DNA from: the human T2T-CHM13v2.0 reference genome, Homo sapiens
Strand: one strand, 5' to 3'
Assembly (NCBI RefSeq): GCF_009914755.1
Contig: NC_060937.1
Length of the DNA: 64,000 nt
A model generated the notes under the pieces. It saw nothing but the letters and a program-made list of their open reading frames with translations. It made no database searches and was not told where the DNA came from. Made by a program: the position numbers and the translations under genes. Of the stretch, positions 13,581-26,379 are shown piece by piece; position 1 is the first letter of the stretch, and each line of letters opens with the position of its first letter.

Positions 13581-14503
13581 GAAACATTCTTTAGACTTGT
13601 TCCATGTGCTGATAATAGATCATATGTTGGGCCACAAACATATGGTCTATCTTATTGATAGATATTATGTCATATTTGATCGACCATATGTTACACCGTG
13701 AAACAGTCTCAAATTTTTTAAAATAAAAATTATGTCAAGTATCTTCTCAGGTCACAGAGGAATAAAACTATAAATCAATTCACAAAGAAATTCTCAAAAC
13801 TATACAAATGCATGGAAATTAAACAATTTGCTCTTGAATGATCTTTGAGTTCGTAACAAATTTAAGCTAAAAATTAAAAATAATAAAACAAATGTAAATA
13901 GAGATGTAACATGCCAAAATCTCTGGGATGCAACAAATGCAGTGCTAAGAGGAAAATTTATAGCATTAACTGCTGACATCGAAGGAAAGAAAAATCATAA
14001 ATTCACAACCCAATGTCACATCTGAAGGAACTAGAAAAGGAAAAACAAGCCAAACCCAAAGAGAAGAAGAAGAGAAACAATAAAGATAAGAGCAGAACTA
14101 AATGAAGTTGAGGGGACAAAAATCAATACAAAATATTAACAAAATTAAAATTTGGTTGTTTGAAAAGATAAACAAAATTGATAGCCTACATGCTAGATTA
14201 ACCAAAAATGAAGAATAAAGATTAAAATAAGCATCACCAGAAGTGAAAAAAGAGACATTAAAATCAATACTACAAAAAATACAGAAGACCGTCAGAGACA
14301 TCTATGAACATCTCTATACTCACAAACTATGCATCCTGGAAGAAATGAATAAAGAAACAAAAAGAAATAGAAATTCTAAACAGATGGTCGTCTAACAAGT
14401 AGTGATATTGAATCAATAATAAAAATTATTTTGTCCCCAAAAGCCCAAGATAACATAGATTCACAACCAAATTCCACCAGACATACAGAGAAGAACTGGT
14501 ACA

Positions 14504-14622
14504 AATGTATATGTATGTATGTGTAAATGTACATGTATGTATATACATACATATATATACACACACACATGTATGTCTATACATACATATACATTTACAC
14601 ATACATACATACATGTATATGT
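14504..14622. repeat. (TA)/(TACA)/(TATG) compound microsatellite
   Basis: Alternating purine-pyrimidine runs. Confidence 0.85.
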
Positions 14623-15989
14623 AAAGTAAGGACTTAAATGACCTTTATAAATTGTTATGTAATATTTTGTTACATTTTTATATTGTTTGTATTTTATAGA
14701 GGTTAAAATTACATTTATTTTTATTTTCTTTTGAATATTTTATTAATTCTGACTTCTCAAACATGGATGAATTATTTTGCATTCACAAATTTTAAAGTGG
14801 AATGAAGAAAATTCTTGCAATATAATACTTTGAATCATGCTGAAGCTGTACTCCACTTTTCAGAACAGTAATATTACAGATTAACAGTTTGTTACAGAAG
14901 GATTCATGAGTATGAAAGAAAATCAGATAAAATACACTTATCCTAAATAGAATGAGTTGGAAGCTAAACTGTAAGTAGATACCAGGATATGATAATGGGG
15001 ACTTAAAATGAGGACAACTCCACATAGTACTCTGAAAGCTTAACTAGAAGAATACAGGTAAGAAACTCACCTTCAGAAATATTTCTAGAACCCCAATTCC
15101 CATATGTCCTAAAAAGATTTGTAAAGTTATGTTGGCAGAATCCAAAGCAAAGAAGCAAGGGGATATAGACAGATAAGAACTTAAGGGAAATAGAAAATGA
15201 GAAAGAAAATAAAAGTCTAACACCTGAGACTAGGATAAGGAAACTTAAGAAAGCTAAATCTTTTTATCAACACAACCTACTAGGGAAAAATCAATGAACC
15301 CAAGAGAATTATACGTATGTTTTCCTATGTGACTCTCCTTCTAATTCCTACGCTGTTTATTATAGGGGACTTGTAAATTAACTGTCATATTTTTAGCAAA
15401 ATGTAGTCACCCATTCTGCATCAACAAAATATAATGTACAACTAATCATATAAACACATATGTGTACATTGTATTTGTAAAATAAACGTGTAAAAAACAA
15501 CAGCGAAATAATTATTTTTAGCTATTCAGGAGAATTGAGAGAATAAGGAACCTTCACAAAAGGGAATATTTTACTATTGCAAATGCCTTTGAACATTATC
15601 ATCTTAATTATTGAATATGTTAATATAGTAATTCAAGTGGGCACATAACAATTTTGCATCAGAGCATACTCAATATCTTTATTCCTTTAATATGATCACA
15701 ATCTAATTCGATAAATTGAAACATTTTAGACTCTATGTGTTAAACTACTAAATCTAAATATAATTGTACTCAGACAAAAGAGGAATGGTTTCTAACGGTT
15801 GTGAGCAATTAGAATATAACTTCAAAATATACATATGGGAGATGCATAGCACCTTTAAAAATAATATATTTTTGTGCCCACACTTTACAACATGTTCAAA
15901 TGAAATATGGTACATACAATATAGCAAATTCTAATTCCTAGCTACCGTTATTAATAGATCCAAGTTAATAAGCCTGCATATTTTAATAA

Positions 15990-16350
15990 TTAGAATTACT
16001 ACAAATATTTTGGATCTCTTCTTTGTGGGCACACAATAAAACTGCACTTTCCTGCACACCGTAATGTTACATGTGGCCATATGACTTGCCTGGACATTGG
16101 AGTCTGAGTAGAAGAAACCCATGGCACTTTTGCTTATAAACTTTCGAAGCTTAGTGCATGATTCTCTATATCCACTTTCTCCCTGCTACTGTTTCTGAAA
16201 GGACTTGTCAAGATGGATACTCTGTCTGAATCTCTGCCAACCTGAGGTGGATATTTAGCAAGAGCAAAATTAAATGTGTTGGGAAACATAGAGTAGGCTT
16301 AAGGAGCGGGTTAGCACTTCAGCATAACAAGTTTATTCTTAATCATACTA
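15990..16350 (+). mobile_element. MLT1 (I/J-like) MaLR LTR
   Basis: gggcacacaataaaactgcactttcc...tggccatatgacttg...cagcataacaag resembles old MLT1. Confidence 0.6.
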
Positions 16351-16369
16351 ATCTAATAAGATATATTAT

Positions 16370-17320
16370 CACTGATGATATAAACCAGCTTTAGCATTAT
16401 ATATCCCAAATGCCACCCCTTGGACTACTATTGTCTGCAAGTCTCTCAGAAACCTCTTTTTGTTCTGAATCACATAATATTCATATTTATTTCTGGGAAC
16501 GATATTTGTAGTCACTAATCAGATACCCATTGGAAGAATATGTGTCAATAAAAATACAAAAAGTCTTATATAACATTATAGAACTTTATAGTCAGAAAAA
16601 TTCAGTAAAGCCAGTATATATTTCATATTTTTATTTTCTATCTCTTGAGGTCCATGCCGAGAATATCCCTAATGATTTAAAAGATTGGCCTGAGTCCTAA
16701 GTTTTAGATGGTTTAATGAACCGTTGCTTATATATCTTATTATATATCCTATTGGTACAGCATATAGGCTATACCAATTAGTTATATATTACATTTCCTA
16801 AAATTTCTTGACTATCTTTTCTGAAAACAATTCTATAATATAATCAATGTAAAGAATCCAATTACTTTTGATGGTCATCAGATCTAAACCTCATCTCATC
16901 AGATTCTAAAGGAACACTGGGAAATTTAGGCGCCCTAGGGAACGAATAGTTGTATTCTGCTGTTCTTCAGTTGTTTCTACGGGAGGTGGGAAAAACAAAG
17001 AAAAGAGAAACAAGGAAATGGGTCAGGCGCAGTCACTCATGCCTGTAATTCCAGCACTTTGGGAGGCAGAAGCGGGTGGATCACCTGTGCTCAGGAGTTC
17101 CAGACCAGCATGGGCAACATGGGAAAACTCCACCTCTACAAAAAAAGAACGGGTGTTCAGCGTTCTTCAAAACTAAGATAGAAAATGAAAGAAAACCTTA
17201 GCTACCTGTATGACAGCATAACAATCAACTTTATACTTTAGTGTATTCATACCTAGAAACAGAGAGGCCATTGGTGGAATTAATTTAAACCGTAAAGTGA
17301 ACATTTGCTTTTCAGGAACT
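16370..17320 (-). pseudogene. pol: Decayed class III (ERVL-like) reverse transcriptase region
   Basis: Hand translation of the minus strand gives IPPMAS...YAVIQVAKVFF, QQNTTIRSLGRLNFPVFL*NLMR*GLD...LYIDYII (YIDY 16851-16840), IKPSKT*DSGQSFKSLG and LFVFLLTHILPMGI, colinear with HERV-L RT motifs. Confidence 0.8.
17021..17146 (+). mobile_element. Alu left monomer (FLAM-like)
   Basis: ggtcaggcgcagt...cctgtaattccagcactttgggagg...tctacaaaaaaa; single arm only. Confidence 0.85.
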
Positions 17321-17326
17321 ATATAC

Positions 17327-17553
17327 TTTTTTCAATTTGTTAACTGATACATAATAATTTTTATATTTATTGGGTACATGTGACATTTTTATATTTACAT
17401 GCAAATGTGTAATGATCAAATCAGGGTAATTGGGATAATCAATCCTTCACCTCAAACGTTCATCATTTCTTTCTGTTGGGAACATTCCAAATCTTCTAGC
17501 TCTTTTGGCATATATAATAAATTATTTTTAACCATAGTCACTCGACTGTGCTA
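17327..17553 (-). mobile_element. L1MA 3' end fragment
   Basis: gggtacatgtgacatt...tgtgtaatgatcaaatcagggtaattggg...catagtcac. Confidence 0.8.
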
Positions 17554-18669
17554 ACTTTCCTTAGAATCTCACAGGATTCTTGTAATTGGAGGTATTTTGA
17601 GTGTAAGTGTGCCTACTTGTACCATTCTTTTATTAAATACTGTATTTCTAGTTTCAGCTGTTCTAAAATTTTCCTATTTAAAAGTTTCCTATTACTTATA
17701 ATAATATAACAAATTTCAGAATTGCCCAATATTCAACTGTAGGCCATCAATGGTAGTTATTCCAATTTATACTCTCCTTCTTCCCAATTAGGCATGCTAT
17801 TGCAGGTAATGTTACCATACCATGGTACAGGTTAATCTATAGTTATGCTATAATGCTGGTGACTGCTGCCATAGTATGAATGTGGCCCCCATGTTTCAGT
17901 TTAAGTCATCTAATTGTGTCTTCTTGTCTTCCAGTATATTTTGCATTAAAATCTATTCCTCTCAAAATATATTGTTTTCTACCGCAGACTATTTAACTTT
18001 AACCTTAGCATGCAGTCTTAGAGTCTTAGATAGAGGTTTGGGGAGATAACACTAAGCCTCAAGTCATTCATCCTTTACCACTACCACATTAAAAGATTCA
18101 GTTTAATCTCATCTTTTATATAGCTTTGGTTTTTGATATTGTTTTCCATCCATTTTTGCATTATTGGATTTAAATTTTTTCAAGATAGAATAAAGGGAAC
18201 ATATTTAACAGGCTGTTTAAGCTGGTGTGTTACCTGACCCAGGGATTGGTTTTCCTCTATCCAGATAGCAACAATGCACCACTAGGGTTTTTCTCGCTTT
18301 TTCTTTTTCTTTTATGGCAACCATATTAATTTTATCTATTTAAATTATCCCATTATTTATTAAATATTATGGTACTACTCAGTTTAGTTTAGTTCTTTCT
18401 TATTATCATTATTTTCTGTCAGCCATTCTCCTTCTTTTGAATGACTCTAACATTGCTAATACCAATGAAGAGCACATTTGCATGGTAGCGAATTGGCCCA
18501 GATTCCAAAATAGTCTCTTTCCCTCTTAAAAGGAGGGTTGAATAAAGTCCATACAGAGAATGAGTACTATCTGAATCATAGCATCTACCATTGTTTAGAT
18601 CAGAGGTATATCATTTGTCTTGCCTCATTACTCATCATTGCATATTCGAAACTTATGTTGCTGGTACCT

Positions 18670-19178
18670 AAACATTTTGTTGCTGTTGTAACAAATTATC
18701 CCAGATATAGTGACTTAAAACAATATAGTGTTATTATACTACAGTTCTGGAAGTCAGAAGTCCAATGTTGTTATGGGGCTAATATCAAGGTGTTAGCAAA
18801 CCTGTATTCCTTCCCGAGACTCTAAGGAAGAAAACATTTCCTTTTCTTTTCCAGTTTCTGAAAAGTGCATGTGTTCCTTGGTTCTTGGCTGCTTTACTCC
18901 AAAGATCTCCTATTCTGTTGTCATATTCCTATCTCTCTTTTATATGGACCCTCTTTGACTCTGAATTTCCTGACTCTGACCTTCCTGACTCTCTTTTATA
19001 TGGACCCTGTGATTATATTGTGTCCTCTTAGATAACTAAGGAAAATTTCTCCAACTCGATAGCCTTATTGTAATTATGTCTTCAAAAGTTACTTTTGCTT
19101 TTTAAATTAACATATACATAGATTTAGGCAATTAGGGTGCGGCAACTTTTGGGGGAGGCATTATTTTTCCTGCCATAG
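18670..19178 (-). mobile_element. MLT1 (C/D/E-like) MaLR LTR
   Basis: gttgctgttgtaacaaattat...cagttctggaagtcagaagtccaa...ttgggggaggcattatt...ctgccata. Confidence 0.8.
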
Positions 19179-20479
19179 TTTCAAATATGCCTCAAATTTT
19201 TCTTTGCTCAGTTTTGTTTACTTTGCCTTCTCATATCAGTGGACGTATTATTGCTAAGGGTTGGCACACTCAGAAAATGGTATTTCATAGCCATTACCAA
19301 CTTTTTACACCCCCTCTTTGCAATCTATTTTATCAATTTTTTGAGATAAAGGTATTTCATTTATATTCCACTGATAAGATTCACCACTGAATATCTGCTG
19401 CTTTCAGTTCTTCAAACCAAGGACAGGAGGACCACCATGCCATCATCAAAAATTTTTAACTCTTTTCTATACATATATATTTTTAACTTAAAATTTCTTT
19501 AACTAATAGATTTTGGAGACTAACAGTCAACCCCGCTTCTGATACTACCCTGCAATGCTCATGCTTTCAAACAACAATGGTTATAGGTTTGGATTGACAA
19601 TCTGCTTCATTAGGAAAACCAAAAACAACAACAAAAAACACAAAACAGGTTTCATTCCATATCAGATTGATTTACCTTATGAAAGAGGACATTCCATTTT
19701 TCTGAAGGTGAGAGAATCAATACGTAGCTAATGTTTTAAGACTTCTAGTTACAATTTCCAAAGGTTCAGATATCCTAAAGTCAAGGATATGACTTGATGC
19801 CACTCATGATGTATGTAAACATGAGAGGTGAGCCTGTTTGAGAAAGTGGTCATTTCAAAAAAGCCATAGAGAATACCCTTCAAAGAATACCCTTAGCTGG
19901 TCACATTATTCCCTCAAGGATATAGGACTGGCTAATTACAAAATTCTCAAAGGATTCATAAATAACCCCCTTTTCTGTTCAGTTACATCTCATGAAATCC
20001 AGCCATTCATTACTTGTTAAATAATGTTTAACAATGAGATACAAGGGTTTTGTTCAGTACATAACCTAGGCTGAATTCTTATTCATCATTGATCCCATAC
20101 AGATTCCTAATTGTTCCTTGAGTTAATGTTGTAAGGTGGATTTAATGAAAGATCAAATTCTCTGGTGTGTCTGATGCTAGAGGAAAAGACTACACAACTA
20201 GTCATTAACATTGTCTTCTAATGACACTCATCAGGTTTTGAAAATTTGTATCCATTATCTTTTCAAATATTACTTTTCTTTATTATCTATCACTTTACGT
20301 TATTGGATTCCAATTACCAGTATTTTGGACTTTTCACTGATTTCCACAATTTATTCTCCTCTCTCAGTCTCTTCTCTTGCATGTCTTGCTTATAATGTTA
20401 TGGACACTCCTCTCACTGAAAAGTGACACATAGCTTCATCTTGGATTGAATGTTAGTTAATTTGTAATTTCTTAGTCCC

Positions 20480-20830
20480 CTAGAATATGGCAAAAGGGAT
20501 AGATGTGCCATACAAAGGATATTGCTTCTTTCCTGCTCACTCTAAGAATACAAACCCTTGGAATCCAAGCACCATCCTGTTAGGGAGGGGGCATGGTGAG
20601 TTCACAGGTAGGGGCCCAGGTAGAAAGTAAATGAGGCCCTTCATTCCCACTGCAAGCCAGCATTCTTTTGAAGAAATGAGAACCAAATAATTTTAGCCTC
20701 CAGGCTTGGAGTCATCCCTCTTAGGCCCCAGGTATCATGGAGCAGGGAAAAACCATCCTCATTATGACCTATTTGAATTCTTAACCTGTGTAATCCAGCA
20801 CCATAATAACTGTTTGATGATGAGTTCATT
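20480..20830 (+). mobile_element. MLT1 (F/G/H-like) LTR
   Basis: gaatatggcaaaaggga...cccttggaatccaagcacca...catggagcag...gaattcttaacc. Confidence 0.6.
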
Positions 20831-22735
20831 TGCTCACAATTTCAAAGTATGTTTTGAAGTAATTCGCTATATAGCCAAAGAAACTACCATAGGGCAAGGT
20901 AAGGAAATTAAGGGCTGGCTCCCTCAACTGAGTGAATCTGTCTTTCATTTGAATATGAGAAGTAGTGAATGAGGAATATTTTTGGGAAAGTTTTATATGA
21001 TTCAGTGGGAATTGGTTCATGTGTTGGGTAAGTCATGAGATCACAAAATTCTCTCTCTTCTAAGTCACAAATATGTGCCATTACCTTGCCGGATGCAATC
21101 AAACCAGCTCTGGACAGTATTTGTTTTTCTGGCAGAGGGAGATGTTTTGCTCAAATATTTCAACACTAATATTGTATTAAACTCAGTAGAAATCTTGGTG
21201 AAGGTATAAACCTTCATTAAAGAAAGATTTTTAACATATTAATTCCAATATGCTCTGGTATGTTTAAAGGACATGACTGGGAATGCTGAAGGGTCAGAAG
21301 AGTGAGGTCAGTTTTTGAGACTCCTGTGGTCTGTGTATATAATGCAAACTCATCACTGTCAATTGTGGGGCTTACCTCTGCTTCCTGTTAGCCACTGTGC
21401 CAGTGAAGGAAAAGAAACCCATATTTCCTCTGGTACAATTGGTTGGAAGAGTCAGATGAATATAAATGCCATGTTGAATGAATGCAAGATGAATGAATGA
21501 TTTTCCCTAGTGATACTTGGAAACTTGAGCCAAAGAACATGTGTTCTTTGTGACTTGCCCCAAGTCATAAAGTTATGCCCCAAGATAGGAAGGACCGTAG
21601 ATTTTGCTGAGTAGTGATCTCTAAGGATTCTAAGTCATAAAATGTAGAGTATATAAGAAAAGAGCACTTTCTCTCCAAGAATATATAAACGATAACATTA
21701 AGTAATTCAAAAATGAATATCTGTGGCTTTTTTCCCCCAAATAAGGTATAAAACAATTACATTAGTATTAACAATTACATTACTATTAACTAATGGTTGC
21801 TGTGTTAATCTCTACATGAATACTTTTTCAATAGCTATGTGTATAATACAAATTATTTTGGTTTATATGTATAGTTAAATAAAAATTAAAGTCTACAGAA
21901 AACAATCCCTAAGAGAAAAATATTTTGAATAGTTGATGTAAAATTCAAACTAATATAATATACATGGAGACTAATAGAAAGAAAGAAATTTAGCTTTGAG
22001 AAAGTTACACACACAGTTAAATGCTTCTATTAACATCTGTAGAAAGTTTCAAGTAATGGTAGGTAAAATTGTGTGACAAATAGTCCAGGTAGTAAAGGAC
22101 TATGAGTAAGCATTGGGGTTATGGTTATGTTTAATGTGTTCCAGGAGGGAATTCCTAATAGTCTTAACGTATCAAGTATTGAAGATGTTTCCCCAAAGTA
22201 TTATTTTTTAAAATGTCTGTGTAAACTGTAGCAAGCATTCCAGAGACTAAGATGGAGGTAAATCCAAAGAAAAGGGTTAGAAGATTTTAAGATTTTTATT
22301 ATAACCTTAGAGATACCTAAAGATTTTTGCATTTTTGGATACTCCATATAACTTTTACTCATAGGGTTACTCAAGATTGACTAAACATGTTTCATTTAAG
22401 ACAAATGAGAATCTGAACAGAGTGTGAAACCAAGCACCTGTAACTGCTTGTTGAGACTGAGTAATAAATAACCGGGACTGATGAGATGCAGCTTACCTGG
22501 AGAATGGAAGCTAATCTCATTGTCCTGAGTAATTATTTTCCTGAGTTGGAAATGTAATTAAGCCAAAGCAATCCCATAATTGATACCTTTCTGGAGCTGA
22601 GGTTGTCAACAAACACATAGTGAATACACATGACTGGGACATCAGATGCTATGCATGAAAATCAGGAGATCATTGCTATGCTGTTAGTGAATGTTTTTTG
22701 CTGTTTCCTTTCTTCAAATTCAGTAAATGTGGTTT

Positions 22736-23042
22736 TTTCTTTTTCTTTTTCTTTTTTTTTTTGAGAGGGAGTCTCCCTCTGTCCCCCAGGCTGGAGTGCA
22801 GTGGCGTGATCTCGGCTAACTGCAAGCTCTACCGCCAGGGTTCAAGCGATTCTCCCTGCGTCAGCCTCCCGAGCCGCTGGGACTACACGGGCCCGCCACC
22901 ACACCCAGCTAATTTTTTGTATTTAGTGGAGGCAGGGTTTCACCCTATTAGCCAGGATGGTCTCGATCTCCTGACCTCCTGATCCTCCCCCCTCGGCCTC
23001 CCAAAGTGCTGGGATTACAGGTGTGAGCCACCGTGCCCGGCC
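22736..23042 (-). mobile_element. AluY/Sc-like
   Basis: Antisense Alu with ttagccaggatggtctcgatctcc; TSD taaatgtggttt at 22724-22735 and 23045-23056. Confidence 0.95.
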
Positions 23043-23137
23043 CATAAATGTGGTTTCAGGTGAAGCTATTGTTTTTACAAACTGCATAGTCAAGCTGAAT
23101 TCAAGACCACTGCCGCTACTAGAAAAGAATGGGTGAG

Positions 23138-23373
23138 GGCTGGGCGCGGTGATCACTAGGTCAGGATATCGAGACCATCCTGGCTAACACGTTGAAACGC
23201 CGTCTCTACTAAAAATACAAAAAATTAGCCGGGCATGATGGTGGGCGCCTGTAGTCCCAGCTACTCAGGAGGCTGAGGCAGGAGAATGGCGTAAACCTGG
23301 GAGGCAGAGCTTGCAGAGAGCCAAGATCGTGTCACTGCACTCCAGCCTGGGTGACAGAGCAAGACTTCGTCAC

Positions 23374-23402
<29 letters not shown>
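23138..23402 (+). mobile_element. AluY with ~45-bp deletion in the left arm
   Basis: accatcctggctaacac, gagaatggcg, gagcttgcag; 16-bp TSD agaaaagaatgggtga at 23121-23136 and 23403-23418. Confidence 0.95.
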
Positions 23403-23408
<6 letters not shown>

Positions 23409-23429
23409 GAATGGGTGATACGGAGATCA

Positions 23430-24270
23430 ACCCATAGAATCAAAATTATCTACTAGCCATAAATAACATAGTTACAAAAGTATCAAGGCATATTATAGTA
23501 GGACAACTATAAATAAAACAGATAATCTTAAAACTACCTGGAGAAAAATACACACATTAGTGTCATGGTAGCTGTGAGATGACTAACAACTGAGTTTTCA
23601 ACATAAATAAGCTAGAAGAGGTGGGATAGAATTTTTAGAGTGCTGAAAGAAAATAACTTCCAAACTAAACTTTTAAATTCTGTTAATATGCCATTCAAAA
23701 TTAAGAGTTCATAAACATTTTATCTGACAAAAGTTTAAACGTCCATTTCAATCAGACTTCTAAGAGAAATACATTAAAAATTTGTTAAGCTAGAATATAA
23801 TCACAGATGGAAAGATGGAATGACATGAAAAAGGAAGAGCAATAGAATGTTTAGATATAGGGATAAATGAAAATAAATGTTGACTACATATTTACTATAC
23901 AGTATAAAAATGATAACATATGAAATTTAAAATGTATGTAGTGCTAATGTGATATCAGCAATGTTAAAGGTGAAAGACAAAAGTAGTCAAATTGTCTTAA
24001 GCTATCCCAAAAGTGGTAAAGGATATAATTTAAATTACATTGTAAGAAATCAATCATAAATTTAGATACTTCTATGGTAATTACTATCAGAATGGTAAAA
24101 GATTATATAAATAATACACTAACAGAGGGGAAATTAGAATAATCAATTAAAACTAAAACAAAAAGGTAGATAAAAAGGACATAAAATAGACATATTACAC
24201 TAAATAAGTAAGATTGTAGATATAAACAAAAATAAGTCTAAAATTAAAATGAATGAGAGGCTATTACTCC
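23430..24270 (+). mobile_element. Ancient L1M ORF1/inter-ORF fragment
   Basis: agagtgctgaaagaaaataacttccaaac...ccattcaaaa...aaacatttt resembles the L1ME ORF1 3' end. Confidence 0.6.
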
Positions 24271-24629
24271 AACAACGTTATTATTCTTGATGTAAAATAG
24301 TGTAGTAGTGCTTTCACTAAATCAAAATCCAGGCAATAATTAATTACAAATAAGTTTTGGCAGTTAGCATAAATGAATAATTCTGTCTTTATCTTCTTCC
24401 TTCCAGTTACCTTTGCCCATGAAGCCATAAAAATATATAAATCCCAAGAATGACATTTCTTAACGAATTATCAACATTCACAACATTTCTATGAGGTCAG
24501 TTTCAATACTTTGCTAATAGAATCACATTTTTATGAGTTTATTTGTAATGCATAACTTTTTACAGTGAAATCATCCTGAAAGGCAAATTATCTGGGTGAT
24601 CATTTTTGCATTAGAGTAATCTTATATTC

Positions 24630-25050
24630 CTTTAAATACTAAACACCACCTGTGTATTCCAGGAAGTCTTTTGGACACTGTGTACACAGTGGTACACAAA
24701 GCATTTATGTTTTCTTTTGCCAATCTGAAGTTTACAGAGTATTAGAGAAGATAAATATTAAATATGATATTTGAGGATGTGAAAAATGGACAGATTGTTA
24801 TAAAAGAGAAAAAGAGTAATCAAATTATTAACGGTTGTTCAAAAAGTCCTTTCTGTAGAAATTTCATGTAAGCTAAGACCTAAAGGATGAATTGCATTAG
24901 TAAGATAAGATATTAGGTGTGTTTAATGAGGCATAGGATGTGGCATGTTTAAAATGCATCGACACAAATGATCCTGATGTTTTAGAGAACGTAACAACTG
25001 AGCAGTCAGGACAAACTGTGCATTATTTATAAACAAATGCCTATAAAAGT
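24630..25050 (-). mobile_element. L2 LINE fragment
   Basis: tgaagtttacagagta...taagctaagacctaaaggatgaa resembles the antisense L2 3' region. Confidence 0.55.
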
Positions 25051-26379
25051 AGAGTTTGAAAGAGTAGGAGATGTCTATATTGCATAAATGGTATAAGTAG
25101 GGAGACCACAAGAATCATACAAAGCCGAGACAATCTTGAGAACATAATAAATCACCCTGAATAAACATGCTAGGTTCATAAATGTAAACCAAGACTGACA
25201 AGATCAAATCACAACCCTATGTAAAATCTATTATTTAAATTTCAATTTTATTAAAGCCGAGTATTTCCCTTTACACTTCATATGTAAGGTTTTGAGGTTG
25301 ACTACAAATATCTAAAGTAATGTGAAGAAAATTGACACTATACCAGAAACAAGAGGATAAAAACCAAAAACAATGAATTGGTAGCAGGAATGTTTAAAAA
25401 GCAGACAATCACACTCATTTAATGTGGGTAAGGCATGCCAGTGGCTTAAAAATTACTACGATGAGCAGTTGCAAAACTCAAATGCAAAATAAAGAAATTA
25501 TGATTACTTATAATTCTATATTCACTGAACTACCTTTCTTACCTCAGCCCCCTTATGTCTTTGATTTTTATATTTTCTTGATATTTTTTAAAAAATAAAT
25601 CCATGCATTAGATTGAGAATGAGGAAGACTGAGCAAATGTGAAAATCTGTTAATCTATGAATATAAATACCCCCCCCAAAAATATGGTGACAGTATTGTT
25701 GAATGTCTTGAAAATAATAAATCTGGTTATATTGAAAAGAGAAATAACTAAATTCCTACAAAATTTTAACATTTGTGGAAATTCCCACAAAATGCTTCAT
25801 ATAATTATGGAGTATAAGCTCTGCAATGTGTCAGATATACAGAAAATAATCAGAAAATTAGTAAAACAAAATTCCAATTTAAGTGTTCAAAGTTTATATA
25901 CTAAATGGTTGGTGTTACTTTTAAGCAAGTACACAGTATTTGACATTCAAATATTAATAGTATGAGTCTGTCAGAGAGAATTTGCCTCAGGAAACAGAAA
26001 CCACCCTATGTAATTTAAGAAGAAAATTGCTACAGATAACTAAATGCTTAGAAAACTGTTGGAAAGGCTGACGAGTAGGTTCTCACTAAGCCTAATAGAA
26101 TGATTATAAGAACAATATAGAACAGACCTACCAGGGAAGCCACTATCTCTGAAGTCACTAATGAAACAATGAGTTCAAGAATACTTGACTTCTTGTTCTC
26201 CTTTTCCTGGTGACAGAAAGCTGTGATGTAGGAATCAGAAAACTGAGATGATGAAACTTCACTGCTGAAGTCAACAGGCCTTCACCTTCACATCTTATGG
26301 GCTAAAGAATAAACAATGAATTCATGTTCTGAAAATATCTGGGTCTGGGCTTCCCTTCTGAAAAGATGTTTATGTACTT

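Larger units (their letters stand above)
10700..14500 (+). mobile_element. Old LINE-1 (L1M/L1MA): 5'UTR and ORF2 5' half, with nested L1PA and Alu
   Basis: caagatgacttactagag L1 5' start; 5'UTR to ~12070; endonuclease region from ~12545; ORF2 continues to ~14500. Confidence 0.8.
17554..21450 (-). mobile_element. Probable gag-pro portion of the same ancient ERVL-class element, split by two MLT1 LTRs
   Basis: Minus-strand NMGATFIL (17895-17872) resembles a protease DTGA motif and VWDQ**IRI (~20100) resembles ERVL gag VWDxGGRNI, in the right order upstream of RT. The right boundary is a guess. Confidence 0.4.

Noticed and set aside
14860-15062. Possible exon ending in CAG/GTAAG
   Set aside because: A lone donor-like motif with no open frame or partner exons; expected by chance.
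25960-26330. Possible ancient LTR fragment
   Set aside because: Only a weak resemblance (caggaaacagaaaccacc); family and limits cannot be supported.
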